Source: Trueperaceae bacterium
GTDB taxonomy: Bacteria; Deinococcota; Deinococci; Deinococcales; Trueperaceae
Length of the DNA stretch: 64,000 nucleotides
Direction of reading: 5' to 3'
NCBI GenBank assembly: GCA_965213705.1
Contig: OZ243913.1
Span: 1,536,001-1,600,000 of the forward strand
Shown here: positions 18,306 to 28,647 of the stretch, piece after piece
Layout: each line of letters opens with the position of its first letter
Numbering within the stretch: the first letter of the stretch is position 1
Program-made: the position numbers and the translations under genes
Notes under the pieces: model-generated
What the model was told of the DNA's origin: nothing
Seen by the model: only the letters and a program-made list of their open reading frames with translations
Databases searched by the model: none

Positions 18306-19202
18306 ATGAAACCGGCTGTAAAGGTGGGCGTGGCTTTGGGCGGCGGGGCGGCGCGGGCGCTGGCGCATATCGGGGCGCTCAAAGCGTTGGAGGCGCGCGG
18401 GCTCGCGCCGTCGGTGGTGGCGGGGACGAGTTCGGGGGCCATCATCGCGGCGCTCTACGCGCTCGGCTTGCCCGCCGCCGAGCTGGAGCACCGGGCGCGC
18501 ACCCAAAACTTAAACGAGTATTGGATTCAAGCCTGCGACTTCGGCCTGCACCGGGCCAGCCTGATTCACGGACGCAGGTTTGAAAACTTTTTGGAGCGCA
18601 AGTATTTTTACGGCGTGACTTTCGAAGACTTGGCCCTGCCTTTGGCAGTAGCTTGTACGAGCGTGGACAGCGGCGAGCTTGTGGTGGTGCGCAGCGGCCC
18701 GGTGGCGCGGGCCGTGGTGGCGAGTTGCGCGCTGCCGGGTCTGTTCGCCGCGGTCAGGGTCGGCGACGAGTGGCTGGTCGACGGTGGCCTCGTCGCCACC
18801 GTGCCCTTTGCCGCACTCGGTTCCTACGACCTCGATTTGACCGTCGGCGTTCATACCGGCGTCGACACGCAGCGGAGCGGTTTTGTCCGAGCGGTGCAGC
18901 GTTGGCACACGTCGGCCTGGGGACAGGGGGTTCAGCGACGCCTGCTTGGGGTTCGCGGCCGCGGGGTGTGGTCGGGTTTCGCGCGGGGCGTGGCGCGGCT
19001 GCAAGCTTCTTACACGCAAGGGGTCGCCGCGCCGGACGGGGCTTTGCTGGTGCGCGCCGACCCGCCCCTGAGTTGGTTCGACCTGCACAAGTCGCCGCAG
19101 GCCGTAACGGCGGGCGAGCGCGCTACCTTGGCAGCCCTGGACGCGCACCCTTTGGGAGTGCTCGGCGCACACCCCGAACTGCCGGCGGGCGAGCGCGCAT
19201 GA
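18306..19202 (+). CDS. Patatin-like phospholipase
   Basis: LGGGAAR, GTSSG, DGG; TAAACT 7 nt before ATG. Confidence 0.9.
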   Translation: MKPAVKVGVALGGGAARALAHIGALKALEARGLAPSVVAGTSSGAIIAALYALGLPAAELEHRARTQNLNEYWIQACDFGLHRASLIHGRRFENFLERKYFYGVTFEDLALPLAVACTSVDSGELVVVRSGPVARAVVASCALPGLFAAVRVGDEWLVDGGLVATVPFAALGSYDLDLTVGVHTGVDTQRSGFVRAVQRWHTSAWGQGVQRRLLGVRGRGVWSGFARGVARLQASYTQGVAAPDGALLVRADPPLSWFDLHKSPQAVTAGERATLAALDAHPLGVLGAHPELPAGERA

Positions 19203-20401
19203 CCTTGTTCGTGTTGACCTTGGACTCGAGCTGGGGCAGGGCTTTGGAAGCGTTGCGGCAGGCTTTGGCCCAAAAAGAGCGCGAGCCGGTGCTGGCGGCT
19301 TACGGGGCGTTGGTGCGCGCGCTTGTCCTGCGCGGCGCGCCCGACTTGGCGACCGCTTTAGTCGAAGACTTGCTGTGGACCGAGTCGCCCCTGAGCCGGG
19401 TGCTGCAGTCCGGGGAAGTGCCGAGCGGCCTGAAAGCGGCCGTGCAGCAAGACTTGGACACCCTGGTCACCCAAACCGGCCACGACTGGCAGGCCGAGGC
19501 GAGCCGCGCGGTGGGCCGCCCGCTGCCGCCGCTCAAGGCGCTGGCGCCGGAGAGCGCGAGCGCACAGGTTGCCGAACTCGTTCTCGCGCTTTCCTCGAAC
19601 GACGCGGGCTGGCTGTTAGGGCGCCTGACGGACATCTACCGTCAACAAGGCGCGGGGCTGCTGGCGCGGTTTGAAGCGTTCCGCTGGACGCCTGCGGGTC
19701 TGGTCGGCGTCGAGCATCCGGTCGTAACGAACATGAACCGCTTGGTCGCGCTCGAGCGCCAACTCGTGCAGTTGCACCAGAACACGCTCGCTTTTTTGAG
19801 CGGCAAACCCGCTCAGCACACGCTTCTTTACGGCCCCCGCGGCAGCGGCAAGTCGACCGCGGTGCGCGGACTGCTCAAACACTACGCCGCCGCAGGCTTG
19901 CGGCTGGTCGAACTCGCTCCGGCCGACCTGACCGCGCTGCCCGACGTGGTCGAACAGCTTAGGCCCCGGCCCCACCACTACCTCGTCTTCGTCGACGACC
20001 TCAGTTTCGAGGCGGGCGACAACGGCTATCAGCCCCTAAAAACGCTGCTCGAGGGTTCGCTCACCGCGCGGCCGGCCAACGTTTTGCTCGTCGCCACCAG
20101 CAACCGCCGTCACCTCGTCAGGGAGGGCTTCAAAGACCGGCCCGACCCGCTCGACGACGACGTTCACGCCTGGGACACCGTTAATGAGCGCCTGGCGCTG
20201 GCCGACCGCTTCGGCCTCACCATCACCTTCCCGAGCGCGACGCAGGCGCGCTTTTTGGAAGTCGTGCGCGGGCTCGCCGAGCAAGAGAAGGTCGTCGTCG
20301 AGAACTTGGACGAGCGCGCGATTCGCTTCGCGGAGTGGGGCAACGGTTACTCGGGCCGCACCGCGCAGCAATTTTTGGACGCGCTCAAGGCTGAGGTTTA
20401 A
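19199..20401 (+). CDS. DUF815 AAA+ ATPase
   Basis: GPRGSGKS, VFVDDLSF, ATSNRRHLV, LADRFG, SGRTAQQF. Confidence 0.9.
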   Translation: MTLFVLTLDSSWGRALEALRQALAQKEREPVLAAYGALVRALVLRGAPDLATALVEDLLWTESPLSRVLQSGEVPSGLKAAVQQDLDTLVTQTGHDWQAEASRAVGRPLPPLKALAPESASAQVAELVLALSSNDAGWLLGRLTDIYRQQGAGLLARFEAFRWTPAGLVGVEHPVVTNMNRLVALERQLVQLHQNTLAFLSGKPAQHTLLYGPRGSGKSTAVRGLLKHYAAAGLRLVELAPADLTALPDVVEQLRPRPHHYLVFVDDLSFEAGDNGYQPLKTLLEGSLTARPANVLLVATSNRRHLVREGFKDRPDPLDDDVHAWDTVNERLALADRFGLTITFPSATQARFLEVVRGLAEQEKVVVENLDERAIRFAEWGNGYSGRTAQQFLDALKAEV

Positions 20402-21160
20402 CCCGGCCGGGTTTGAAGTCCTCGAGCATCCGGTCCTGAAAAGGCATTCCGCTGTTCCGAACGCTCTCGACATAAGTTTCAGCGTCGTAAGGAACGCGCC
20501 GGAAGGTGAGGTTGGGCTCGCCGTTTACAACGTCCAGCAAAGCGTATTCGGCGACTGGACGGTTAAAGGCCCGCCCCTCCGCCGTGATGACAAAAGAAAG
20601 GCCGACGCTGCCGGGGTTCATAAGCCGCGCGCCGTGGTAACGCCGCACGAACTGCTCGTGCGTGTGCGCGCCGACGTAGAGGTCGGCGCTCTCGCCCGCA
20701 AAATACCCGTCCAGCACCTCGTCGGGCGTGGTGGCGCGGACGGGGTCGTCGTAGCTTTTGGGCGAGCCGTGGTAGGCGAGGAGGTCCAGACCCGCCCACT
20801 TCAGCCGCACTACGTCCTGAAAAGTGCGGACATAGGCGAGGTCGGTTTCGTCCAGTTGCGCCGCGCTCCAGGCTTCGACCGCCAGGAAAAAGTCCGTGTT
20901 TTCGTCGGGCGCGGGCACGTCCCGCGTTACGCCACAAACCCTAACGTGCGCGGCCGCAACAAATACGCGTCGGTGTTGCCCATGACGACTTTCGGCCCGA
21001 GTTCACGCACGCGGCGCAGCGTTTCTCGCGGCTGCGGCCCGAAATTCGCCGCGTCGCCGAGGCAGAGGATGTCCTCCACGTCAAAGATGCCCATATCGTC
21101 CAGGACGGCCTCGAGCGCGGTCAAGTTGCCGTGAATGTCCGCGAGCAGGGCGAGCGCCAC
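20385..21160 (-). pseudogene. Metallophosphoesterase (YfcE-like) split by a stop and frameshift near 20920-20940
   Basis: DIHGN, GD and GNTD in ORF 20927-21160; HGSP, AHTH and NPGSVG in out-of-frame ORF 20385-20918. Confidence 0.75.
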
Positions 21161-21163
21161 GGC

Positions 21164-23140
21164 TCAGTCCCTGGTAGCCGTGTCGAACGGTTGTCGAAAC
21201 CCCGGCTGCAGCCGGGCGACGCCCGCGGCGAGCGCGTACATCTCGCCGCGAGTCAACACCGGGCCAGGGTTGAACGAGGCGGGCACCATTCCGGCGGCCT
21301 TGAGCGCGTCCCAACCGGTGCCCGGGCAGCGCCCGAGCTGACAGGCCGCGTCCTGGGTGATGGCGAGGGCTAGAACGGGGGAGAGGGGCGCTGCGGTGTC
21401 GGCGAGCGCGTCGGGGTAGCGCGCGACGAGGTCCGGGCCGAACGAGTCGCTGCTCAAAAAGCGCTGGCCCACGTTGCTGAGGAGGTAGACGTAGCTCAGC
21501 GCCGTCACCGGCTGTTCGAGACCGGGGTCGTTGGTGTAGCCGCCGACCGCCAAACCCCGGCTCAACAGCAGCCGGTAATCGCGGTAGTACGGGTTGCCGA
21601 CCGGGCCGACCGCGGCCCGCGCACGCTCTCTCGGCAGGTAAGCGCCCCGCGCGCCGAGGCGGGCGCGGACGGTTTGAACCGTGCCGGGTTGGCTGACGAC
21701 CTCACGCGGCTGCAGGCCGCGCTCCGCCCCGAGCGCCGCCGCCACGCCGACCGCCTCGCCGAGCGCCATGCCGAAGGGAACGACGCGCGCGCTCGAGGCT
21801 GCAATCGGGTCGTAGCCCGCCGCCTTGCCGACCACCCACAGACCGTCTACGCGGTCCGGCACGTTCACGCACAGCTTTACACCGTAGATGTCCGGCGTGC
21901 CGAACACAAAACCGCTGTCGTAAGGTGTCAGGGTTTGCACGTCGAGCGGGTAGCCGCCCGCGGCGACGTCTTCGTTCGACACTCGGTTGTCCAAAACGTC
22001 GTCGGCGCTCAATATACAAGCAGCGTCTAGGTGACGCGTTTCGCGCAGGTACAGGCGCGGCGCGACCCCGCCGAAACGGGCGTCTGCAAAGCCGGGCAAA
22101 GCTTGTTTGAGGTAGTTGACGACGCGCGGCGCTTCGCGTTGGGCTCGAGCATGTCCCTCGGCAATACTCGTGGGGTCGAACGGGTCGACACCGTAGATGA
22201 GCAGCGCGTTGACCAGAACCGAACCGTCTTCCTGGCGGCCCAAGTTCAGGCCGCGCAGCCGCAGCCCCGGCTCGGTCGGCGGGTAAGCTGCCGGGTAACC
22301 GCCGAAGCTGCCCCAAGCGACGAAATCGTCCACACTGGCGTACTGTTTGCCGCGCGCCCTGACGCCGCGTTCCAACGCGCCCCAGTCGATACCGTCGATT
22401 TTGAAGACGAGCGTGTCGGCCATGCGCGCGTTCACACCTAGAGAGTTGAACCCCACGCTGTAGCCTGCGCCCGCCGCCGCTGCAAAACTCATGTCGGCGG
22501 TCGCGTCGACGATTTGCGGCGCGCGGACGGTGCCGCCCGCCGCGCCGTCCCCGCCGGCAACCCGCACGCCGGTAACCTGCACGCTTGTGACCTGTACGCC
22601 GGCAACCTGCACGCCTTCGCTCCTGACCGGGCTCAAGCCGGGCGCGCCGGTTCGCACCGTCACGCCCGCGTCGGCCAACATGCGCACGAACACCGCTTCG
22701 GCGCGCACCACGTCGAACGAGTGGCTCCGTCCGACCGCGCGCCACCAGCGCTCGAACAAGCCCTGTTGATAAGAAAAAGGTTGCGTGCGCAGGTCGAGCG
22801 AGTTCATCGCGCCGAGCACGAACAAACCGCCCACGGTCTCGTCCTCGGTAATCAGGAGCGTGTCGGCCCCGCTCTCGGCCGCGGCGACCGCCGCCATGAC
22901 GCCCTCGGGCTCGCTGCCGACCACGACCACGTCGTAGTTCAGGTCGTAAGTGAAGGCGTAGTCGGGGTTGTCACTGGGGTTGGTGTCGAGGTTGGCGTCG
23001 AGGTTGTGAACCGGGTCTCGAGCGGCGTCTTTCGGCGTGACCAGCGTCGTTTGCGCCCAGGCCGCACCGACGCCGCACAGGACCAGCGCACAGACGACGC
23101 CCAGCCCGAAATGAGAAAAACAGTACCGTAGACCTGGCAT
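21164..23140 (-). CDS. Secreted FAD-dependent oxidoreductase
   Basis: Signal peptide; YDVVVVG..EGVMAAVAAA; VDATAD; LYLRETR; YPLD. Confidence 0.8.
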   Translation of the reverse strand: MPGLRYCFSHFGLGVVCALVLCGVGAAWAQTTLVTPKDAARDPVHNLDANLDTNPSDNPDYAFTYDLNYDVVVVGSEPEGVMAAVAAAESGADTLLITEDETVGGLFVLGAMNSLDLRTQPFSYQQGLFERWWRAVGRSHSFDVVRAEAVFVRMLADAGVTVRTGAPGLSPVRSEGVQVAGVQVTSVQVTGVRVAGGDGAAGGTVRAPQIVDATADMSFAAAAGAGYSVGFNSLGVNARMADTLVFKIDGIDWGALERGVRARGKQYASVDDFVAWGSFGGYPAAYPPTEPGLRLRGLNLGRQEDGSVLVNALLIYGVDPFDPTSIAEGHARAQREAPRVVNYLKQALPGFADARFGGVAPRLYLRETRHLDAACILSADDVLDNRVSNEDVAAGGYPLDVQTLTPYDSGFVFGTPDIYGVKLCVNVPDRVDGLWVVGKAAGYDPIAASSARVVPFGMALGEAVGVAAALGAERGLQPREVVSQPGTVQTVRARLGARGAYLPRERARAAVGPVGNPYYRDYRLLLSRGLAVGGYTNDPGLEQPVTALSYVYLLSNVGQRFLSSDSFGPDLVARYPDALADTAAPLSPVLALAITQDAACQLGRCPGTGWDALKAAGMVPASFNPGPVLTRGEMYALAAGVARLQPGFRQPFDTATRD

Positions 23141-23311
23141 GGGTCTGGATTGTAGCAGGCCGGTTCCGACCCGCTCGTAAGCTTTCGCTCAGTCGCCGTG
23201 AGGTTTTTCCGATTCACTCACGCAAAACGGCAGCGGTCGCCGTGGATTTGCGGTGCTCGAGCTTCGCACGGGCGCTGGGACGGGTTGCTCAGTGCCGGCG
23301 CTTGGATTTTT

Positions 23312-24112
23312 TCAACCGCGGCCGACAAAGGGCATCTTCGTCGCCATCACGGTCATCGTGGCGACGTTGGCGCCGAGCGGCAGGTTCGCCATGTAAAGGA
23401 CCGCTCGCCCGACCTCGGCAACGTCCATGAGCGGCTCGGTCTGTACGCTGCCGTCGGCTTGGGTGGCGCCGTGCGCGGCTTTGCGGCCTATCTCGGTCGC
23501 CGCGTTGCCGACGTCGATTTGCCCGCAGGCGATGTCGAAGGCGCGCCCGTCGAGGGCGGTCGACTTAGTGAGCCCGGTCAGGGCGTGTTTCGTCGCGGTG
23601 TAGGCAACCGAGCGGGGCCGCGGGGTGTGAGCCGACACCGAGCCGTTGTTGACGATGCGGCCGCCCCGGGGCTGTTGCCGCCGCATCGTCCGGAAAGCTT
23701 CGCGGGTACAAAGAAACGCGCCGGTCAGGTTGACGGCGACGACCGCGTTCCAGGCCTCGAGCCCCAACTTGTCGATGTCGACGGCGGGCGCGCCGACGCC
23801 CGCGTTGTTGAAAAGCAAGTCGACGCGGCCGTACCGTTCTACCGTGGTCGCGAACAGGTGCTGCACGCTTGCCTCGTCGGTGACGTCGGCGGGAACCGCG
23901 TCCAAGACGCCTGCTAGGTCGGCGCCGGTGGCGACAACCGTTTGCAGCGTTTCCAGGTGTCGCCCGGCCAGCACGACGGTCCAGCCGTCACCGGCCAGCG
24001 CCTGCGCGGCCGCCGCTCCGATGCCGCTACCGCCGCCGGTGACAACGGCGATTCGCTGCTTTGGGGTTGGCACGGTGGGCGTGGCTGAAGGGGGGCGCGG
24101 GGGGGTCGGCAC
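23312..24112 (-). CDS. Short-chain dehydrogenase/reductase
   Basis: [17 protein letters not shown]. Confidence 0.9.
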   Translation of the reverse strand: MPTPPRPPSATPTVPTPKQRIAVVTGGGSGIGAAAAQALAGDGWTVVLAGRHLETLQTVVATGADLAGVLDAVPADVTDEASVQHLFATTVERYGRVDLLFNNAGVGAPAVDIDKLGLEAWNAVVAVNLTGAFLCTREAFRTMRRQQPRGGRIVNNGSVSAHTPRPRSVAYTATKHALTGLTKSTALDGRAFDIACGQIDVGNAATEIGRKAAHGATQADGSVQTEPLMDVAEVGRAVLYMANLPLGANVATMTVMATKMPFVGRG

Positions 24113-24244
24113 AAAAACTCCTTGGGTTGCTAGAGGTGACCCATCTATTTAAAAAAGGTCGGTGCAAAAAGTGGGTGCGGGAAAAGGTGAGTGCTGAAAA
24201 GTCAGGTATCGAGCAGAAGTCCGGGTTTGGTAAGCCTCCACGGG

Positions 24245-25402
24245 TCAAACTCCCAAGTCTTTCAAAACCGTGTCGGCGACGACCTGCGCCGCCGCCGGTT
24301 TGCCCAAGGCGCGCGCCGCCGCGGCCATCTGCTCGCGCAGCGCAGGCGTTTCGAAAAAGCGCCTCACCTTGTAGTCGAACACGCTCAACGGCTCGATGCG
24401 CAGGGCCGCGCCGTGCTCGAGCAAGTAACTCGTGTTGGCTTCTTCTTGCAGCGGGTAGGGTTGCACCACCGCGAAGGGCAAGCCTGCGGCGAGCGCTTCG
24501 CTCGAGGTCAAGCCGCCGGGTTTGCCGACCAACAGGTCGGCGGCGCTCATGTAGCGCGGCACCTCGCTCGTAAAGCCGACCAGTTCGAAAGTGACGAGCC
24601 CGTCCGCCTCGCCGACCGCTTGCGTGGCAACGTCCAACAGTTCCGGGCTGCGGCCGCAGACGACGACCGCCGTGAGCGGCCAGCGCAGCGCCGTGAGTTC
24701 TTTAAGAAGCGTGCGCAGGGGCCGTTCGTCGAGGCCGCCCGCCATCAGCAGCAAAATATCTCGCTCGGGCGGGTAGTGCAGCGCTTGCCGGGCCGCTGGT
24801 TTGGGCTCGAGACTGGAAAACCGCAGGTCGATGGGGATGCCGCTCACGGTGACGTGCTCGGGCGGCACGCCGCAGGCGCGCAGGTGTACGGCGACTTCTT
24901 CCGAGGCGACGAAGTAGCGCGCCACTTGAGGCTGCAGCCAAAAGCTGTGTGCAAAAAAGTCGGTGATGACGACCGCTTGCGAGATGGGTTCGCGGTTGCT
25001 GCGGCGCAGCACGTCGGGAGAGAGTCGCGAACTCAACACTTCCGGCGCTGAAAAATGTGTGTGGACGACGACATTGGGCCGGTAACGGTTTATCAAACGC
25101 GGCAGCTGTAGCGAGATGAGCCGCGCCAGCCGCGCCCGCAACTTTTCCTGCTGCGTTTTTTGCTCGCTCGGCGTCCGGTCGAGGCGTTTGCCCAGCCAGT
25201 CGACAAATTCGGGCGCGCTGCGCACCAGGTCGAAGTAGGCTTGGCGGTACAGGCGGCGGAACGGCAGGGTGGTGTAGTCGAGCAGGTCGACGTGGGTCAC
25301 CTCGGCAGTCCGTTCGGCAAACGCCGCCTGGAGCGCCCGCGCCGCCGCCACGTGTCCCCCACCGATAGACGCCGAAATTATCAGCACGCGCTTGCCGCTC
25401 AC
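24245..25402 (-). CDS. MGDG synthase / UgtP-family glycosyltransferase
   Basis: SIGGGH, VITDF, GIP, KPGGLTSSE, QEEAN. Confidence 0.9.
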   Translation of the reverse strand: MSGKRVLIISASIGGGHVAAARALQAAFAERTAEVTHVDLLDYTTLPFRRLYRQAYFDLVRSAPEFVDWLGKRLDRTPSEQKTQQEKLRARLARLISLQLPRLINRYRPNVVVHTHFSAPEVLSSRLSPDVLRRSNREPISQAVVITDFFAHSFWLQPQVARYFVASEEVAVHLRACGVPPEHVTVSGIPIDLRFSSLEPKPAARQALHYPPERDILLLMAGGLDERPLRTLLKELTALRWPLTAVVVCGRSPELLDVATQAVGEADGLVTFELVGFTSEVPRYMSAADLLVGKPGGLTSSEALAAGLPFAVVQPYPLQEEANTSYLLEHGAALRIEPLSVFDYKVRRFFETPALREQMAAAARALGKPAAAQVVADTVLKDLGV

Positions 25403-25631
25403 AAGACGAGTTTAGCAAGTCGCTGGGGGGTGAGGGTCAGTCGCCGCGGTGACGCTCGGTACCTGTTCTTAATAGACCGGTGTCTTTTGTCTAAAAAGTA
25501 GGTGGGCCGGGTCGACAGCCTTCAGCCTTCCCCTTTTAAAAAAACAGCGCCTTAACCCGACCCTCACCGCAGGGCGGGCTCACGGTGTTAGCATAAATTC
25601 GTTGGCCCAGCTTCGTGACCAAGGAGACCCT

Positions 25632-26753
25632 ATGCGTTCGACTGAAAAATTGCTGCCCGGAAAATTGCTGCCCGGAAAGTTGCTGCCTACGGCGCTGCTC
25701 GCCCTGAGCCTGCTGGGCTGTCTGCCCGAGGCCGACACGACCCCCGAACTCCACGACGTTGCCGTGTACAGCAACGCGACCGATTTGCAAGGTGCCTACG
25801 GTTACCTCTACGGCTCACCGACGACCCTGCGGGTCGGCGCGCAGACGCTGAACTTAACCGACGGCGTCTCGGCGGACCCCCTGGCGGTGCCGTCGGCGTT
25901 GCTGGTCGACGGGCAACCCTACTTGAAAACAGCCCTCGTCACCCTTGCCGCGCCGCCCACGAGGGTGCAGCGCATTCCCCTGACGAGCGACGTCGAACTG
26001 CAGGTCGGCGGCGGCAACGACGCCAAGGAGGTCGTTTACTTCGACGGCTCCAAGTGGTTTACGCTCGCCAGCGAGCCGCGCCCCAGCCAAGGCACGCGCG
26101 TCGTGCCCAAAGAACGCTTCGGCGGTTTGGAAGGTCTGGGCGAGCTGACCCAGGAAGAGGCCGGCACCCTGGAGCGCGTCCTCCGTGAGCGCGCGCCCGT
26201 CGCCGTGACGCTGCTGCCCGAGTCGCGGGTGCCGCCACGGCAAATCGCGGGTTTGCCCAACTACCGCCGCACCGCCCTGTACGTGCAGCAAACCGTTCCC
26301 ACCGACCCGAGCGCCTACACCCCGCCCGTGCGCGAACTTCTTTGGGACACGCTTGCGTCGGGCAGCCAAGCGGTAGGCGCCGAGACGCCCAGCTTTCAAC
26401 TTATCACCAGTCAGGCCGACCTGGTCTCGGCTTGGACCCGCGCTTACGGCACCCGCCTGACCCTGCCGCCCCTGCCCGACGTCAACTTTCCCCAAGAAAC
26501 GGTCCTGGCCGTGTTCTCGGACACCAAACCGACCGGCGGTTACGCTCTGGAAGTCCAGGACGTCACGCTGGACGACAACGACCTCTACATCGACTTGAAC
26601 GAAACGGAGCCTGCACCCGGCACCATCACCACGCAAGCGCTTACCACGCCTTGGATACTGGTACGGGTGCTGCGCGGCGACGTCAACGCGGCCTGGTTTC
26701 GGGAGCCGGGGGGTGGGCGGATTATCGGGGTGGCGCGGCGAGGGGAAAAGTAG
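25632..26753 (+). CDS. Lipoprotein with PrcB-like C-terminal domain
   Basis: Lipobox LLGC; KPTGGY...TQALTTPW; AAGGAG RBS; KLLPG x3 repeat in the signal peptide. Confidence 0.8.
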   Translation: MRSTEKLLPGKLLPGKLLPTALLALSLLGCLPEADTTPELHDVAVYSNATDLQGAYGYLYGSPTTLRVGAQTLNLTDGVSADPLAVPSALLVDGQPYLKTALVTLAAPPTRVQRIPLTSDVELQVGGGNDAKEVVYFDGSKWFTLASEPRPSQGTRVVPKERFGGLEGLGELTQEEAGTLERVLRERAPVAVTLLPESRVPPRQIAGLPNYRRTALYVQQTVPTDPSAYTPPVRELLWDTLASGSQAVGAETPSFQLITSQADLVSAWTRAYGTRLTLPPLPDVNFPQETVLAVFSDTKPTGGYALEVQDVTLDDNDLYIDLNETEPAPGTITTQALTTPWILVRVLRGDVNAAWFREPGGGRIIGVARRGEK

Positions 26754-26996
26754 AGTATAAGGGAAGCGGCAGGATTAAAAGCTCGAGCCAAGCCCCAAGC
26801 ATTTTTGCGCTTTCAGCAGACGTGGCTTTGCCGGACGGACTGAAACGATTGGCTTCCGCGTCACCGTAAACTATAAAAACCGCCTCTGCACCGGCCACTA
26901 CGGGTTTGCGAAGTAAAAGGCGAGAGGTTGTGCAGCAGCTAAAGCTCGTAGGTTGAGTTTGGCTGCTGTAACATTTTTACCTGACGCCTTTTTGGG

Positions 26997-27785
26997 TCAT
27001 AACTCGCCCCGTGACGCCTCAGCCCTGACCAACCGCACGAACCTCACCAAGCGCGGAAAGCGGTGCCAGCGCTTGCGGTCCAGACCCACGCGGTAAGCCC
27101 ACTCCAAACCGGCGCGGCGCGTCCACTCGGGCGTTCGCTGCACCGTACCCGCCAACACGTCGAGCGTGCCGCCGACACCTATCATGAGCGGAACCTGGAG
27201 GGTGTGCAGGTGTTCGTGTAAGAACAGTTCTTGCCCCTCGCCCAGTCCGGCGAGCAGCAAGTTTGCGCGGCTGTCACGCACTTTTTTGAGAACTGCGGGC
27301 GTTTCGGCGGGGCGCTCAAAGTAGCCGTGCTGGACGCCGGCGACGCGGGTGCCGTAGCGCTCTCGAGCAGCAGCAGCGGCTCGTTCGGCCACGCCCGGTT
27401 TGGACCCCAAAAAGAAAACGTTCAATTCGCTGCCACCCAGCTCGAGCACGCGACTTACCAATTCGACCCCCGGCACGCGCCCCGGCAACGCCACCCCGGA
27501 GCGTCTGGCGGCCCAAACCACGCCGACGCCGTCGGCGACGGTGAAGGCGGCCGACAAAAGCGCCCCTTTCAACGCCGGATTAGCTTCGGCCTGGACGATG
27601 ATTTCGGGGTTCAAGGTCACGAGCAGTTTGGGTTCGGGGTTGCGCGCCGCCGTCAAGCACCACTCGGCGGCCTTGTCAAGCGTACACACAGCCAGCCTGT
27701 AACCGAGAACGTCGGCGCGCGCCGGCTCAGTATTATGATTCAAATCAGTATTCTGAGTCGAAGGTGTAAAGGGTTCCGTGGTCAT
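26997..27785 (-). CDS. WecB/TagA/CpsF glycosyltransferase
   Basis: TLNPE, ADG.GV, QE, GVGGTLD, LEWAYR. Confidence 0.9.
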   Translation of the reverse strand: MTTEPFTPSTQNTDLNHNTEPARADVLGYRLAVCTLDKAAEWCLTAARNPEPKLLVTLNPEIIVQAEANPALKGALLSAAFTVADGVGVVWAARRSGVALPGRVPGVELVSRVLELGGSELNVFFLGSKPGVAERAAAAARERYGTRVAGVQHGYFERPAETPAVLKKVRDSRANLLLAGLGEGQELFLHEHLHTLQVPLMIGVGGTLDVLAGTVQRTPEWTRRAGLEWAYRVGLDRKRWHRFPRLVRFVRLVRAEASRGEL

Positions 27786-28470
27786 GGGTTCGGGTTTCTG
27801 TTAGGACGGGCACGTGCTCGGTTTGCGAGACGAGGCTCGCTACCGCCAGGTCGTCGAGCAAGTTCAAGGTGCGCAGGTACTGACCCGACGACGAGCGCCA
27901 AAAAGCCTCCAACGGGTCTGGAAAAGCGCGGACCAAGTTTACTGCCAAGCGCGCCGCACCGCCCAGGTCTACGTCCGGGTTTCGGTGCTGTAACCGTGCG
28001 GCCAAAAAACCGGCGGCGAGGGTGTCGTCTAAGTCCTCACGGCCCCACAAACCGCTGCAGACTAAGTAGACCCGCCGTTGCGCCAGGGCCAAAGCCCGCT
28101 CGACGGCGGCGTCCGCGTTGTAAAGGGAGCCCAAAAGCAGGTGCTCGGCGCCGTCCAGCAAGGGCAAGGTGGTCGGCGCGTTTTCGGAAACCAGGACCGC
28201 TTCGGCTCCCGCCATGTCGACGCGGCGCAGTTCGGCGGGCGAGTTGCCGTAGTTGAAACCTTCGGGCGGCAAGCCTTTGCGCTCGCCTAAAAGCAGCCAC
28301 TTTCGCTCCTGGGCGAGGGTGCGGGCGAGTTTGGTTTTGGTTGCCAGGTGCAAACGCAATAAGCCGTTCTCAAACAAAAGCGGCGCGACCGTACAGGTGC
28401 GCAGCACGTCGATAAGGACGACGACGTCGTCGTAAGGCGGGGAAGGAAGCAGGTCGACACGAATGTGCAT
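27745..28470 (-). CDS. 2-phosphosulfolactate phosphatase (ComB family)
   Basis: IDVLRT, GERKG, GFNYGNSP, EDLDDTLAAG. Confidence 0.85.
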   Translation of the reverse strand: MHIRVDLLPSPPYDDVVVLIDVLRTCTVAPLLFENGLLRLHLATKTKLARTLAQERKWLLLGERKGLPPEGFNYGNSPAELRRVDMAGAEAVLVSENAPTTLPLLDGAEHLLLGSLYNADAAVERALALAQRRVYLVCSGLWGREDLDDTLAAGFLAARLQHRNPDVDLGGAARLAVNLVRAFPDPLEAFWRSSSGQYLRTLNLLDDLAVASLVSQTEHVPVLTETRTHDHGTLYTFDSEY

Positions 28471-28647
28471 AAAGGTTCCGTCGGGTTCGAGGGGCTTGGT
28501 GGCTTACGGGCTCGAGCCACGCCCGGAAGTCTAACACGGTGCGTTGCCGGGCGGTGTGTCCGTACCGGTTACCGCACTGCTCGTGCGGACGGCGGGTATA
28601 GGGTTCTGGAAAACGGTGCGGGCACTGCGCGCACGGTAACCTGACCC

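Noticed and set aside
27745..28470. Coenzyme M biosynthesis
   Set aside because: A lone ComB-family phosphatase is widespread; no comA or other pathway genes are present
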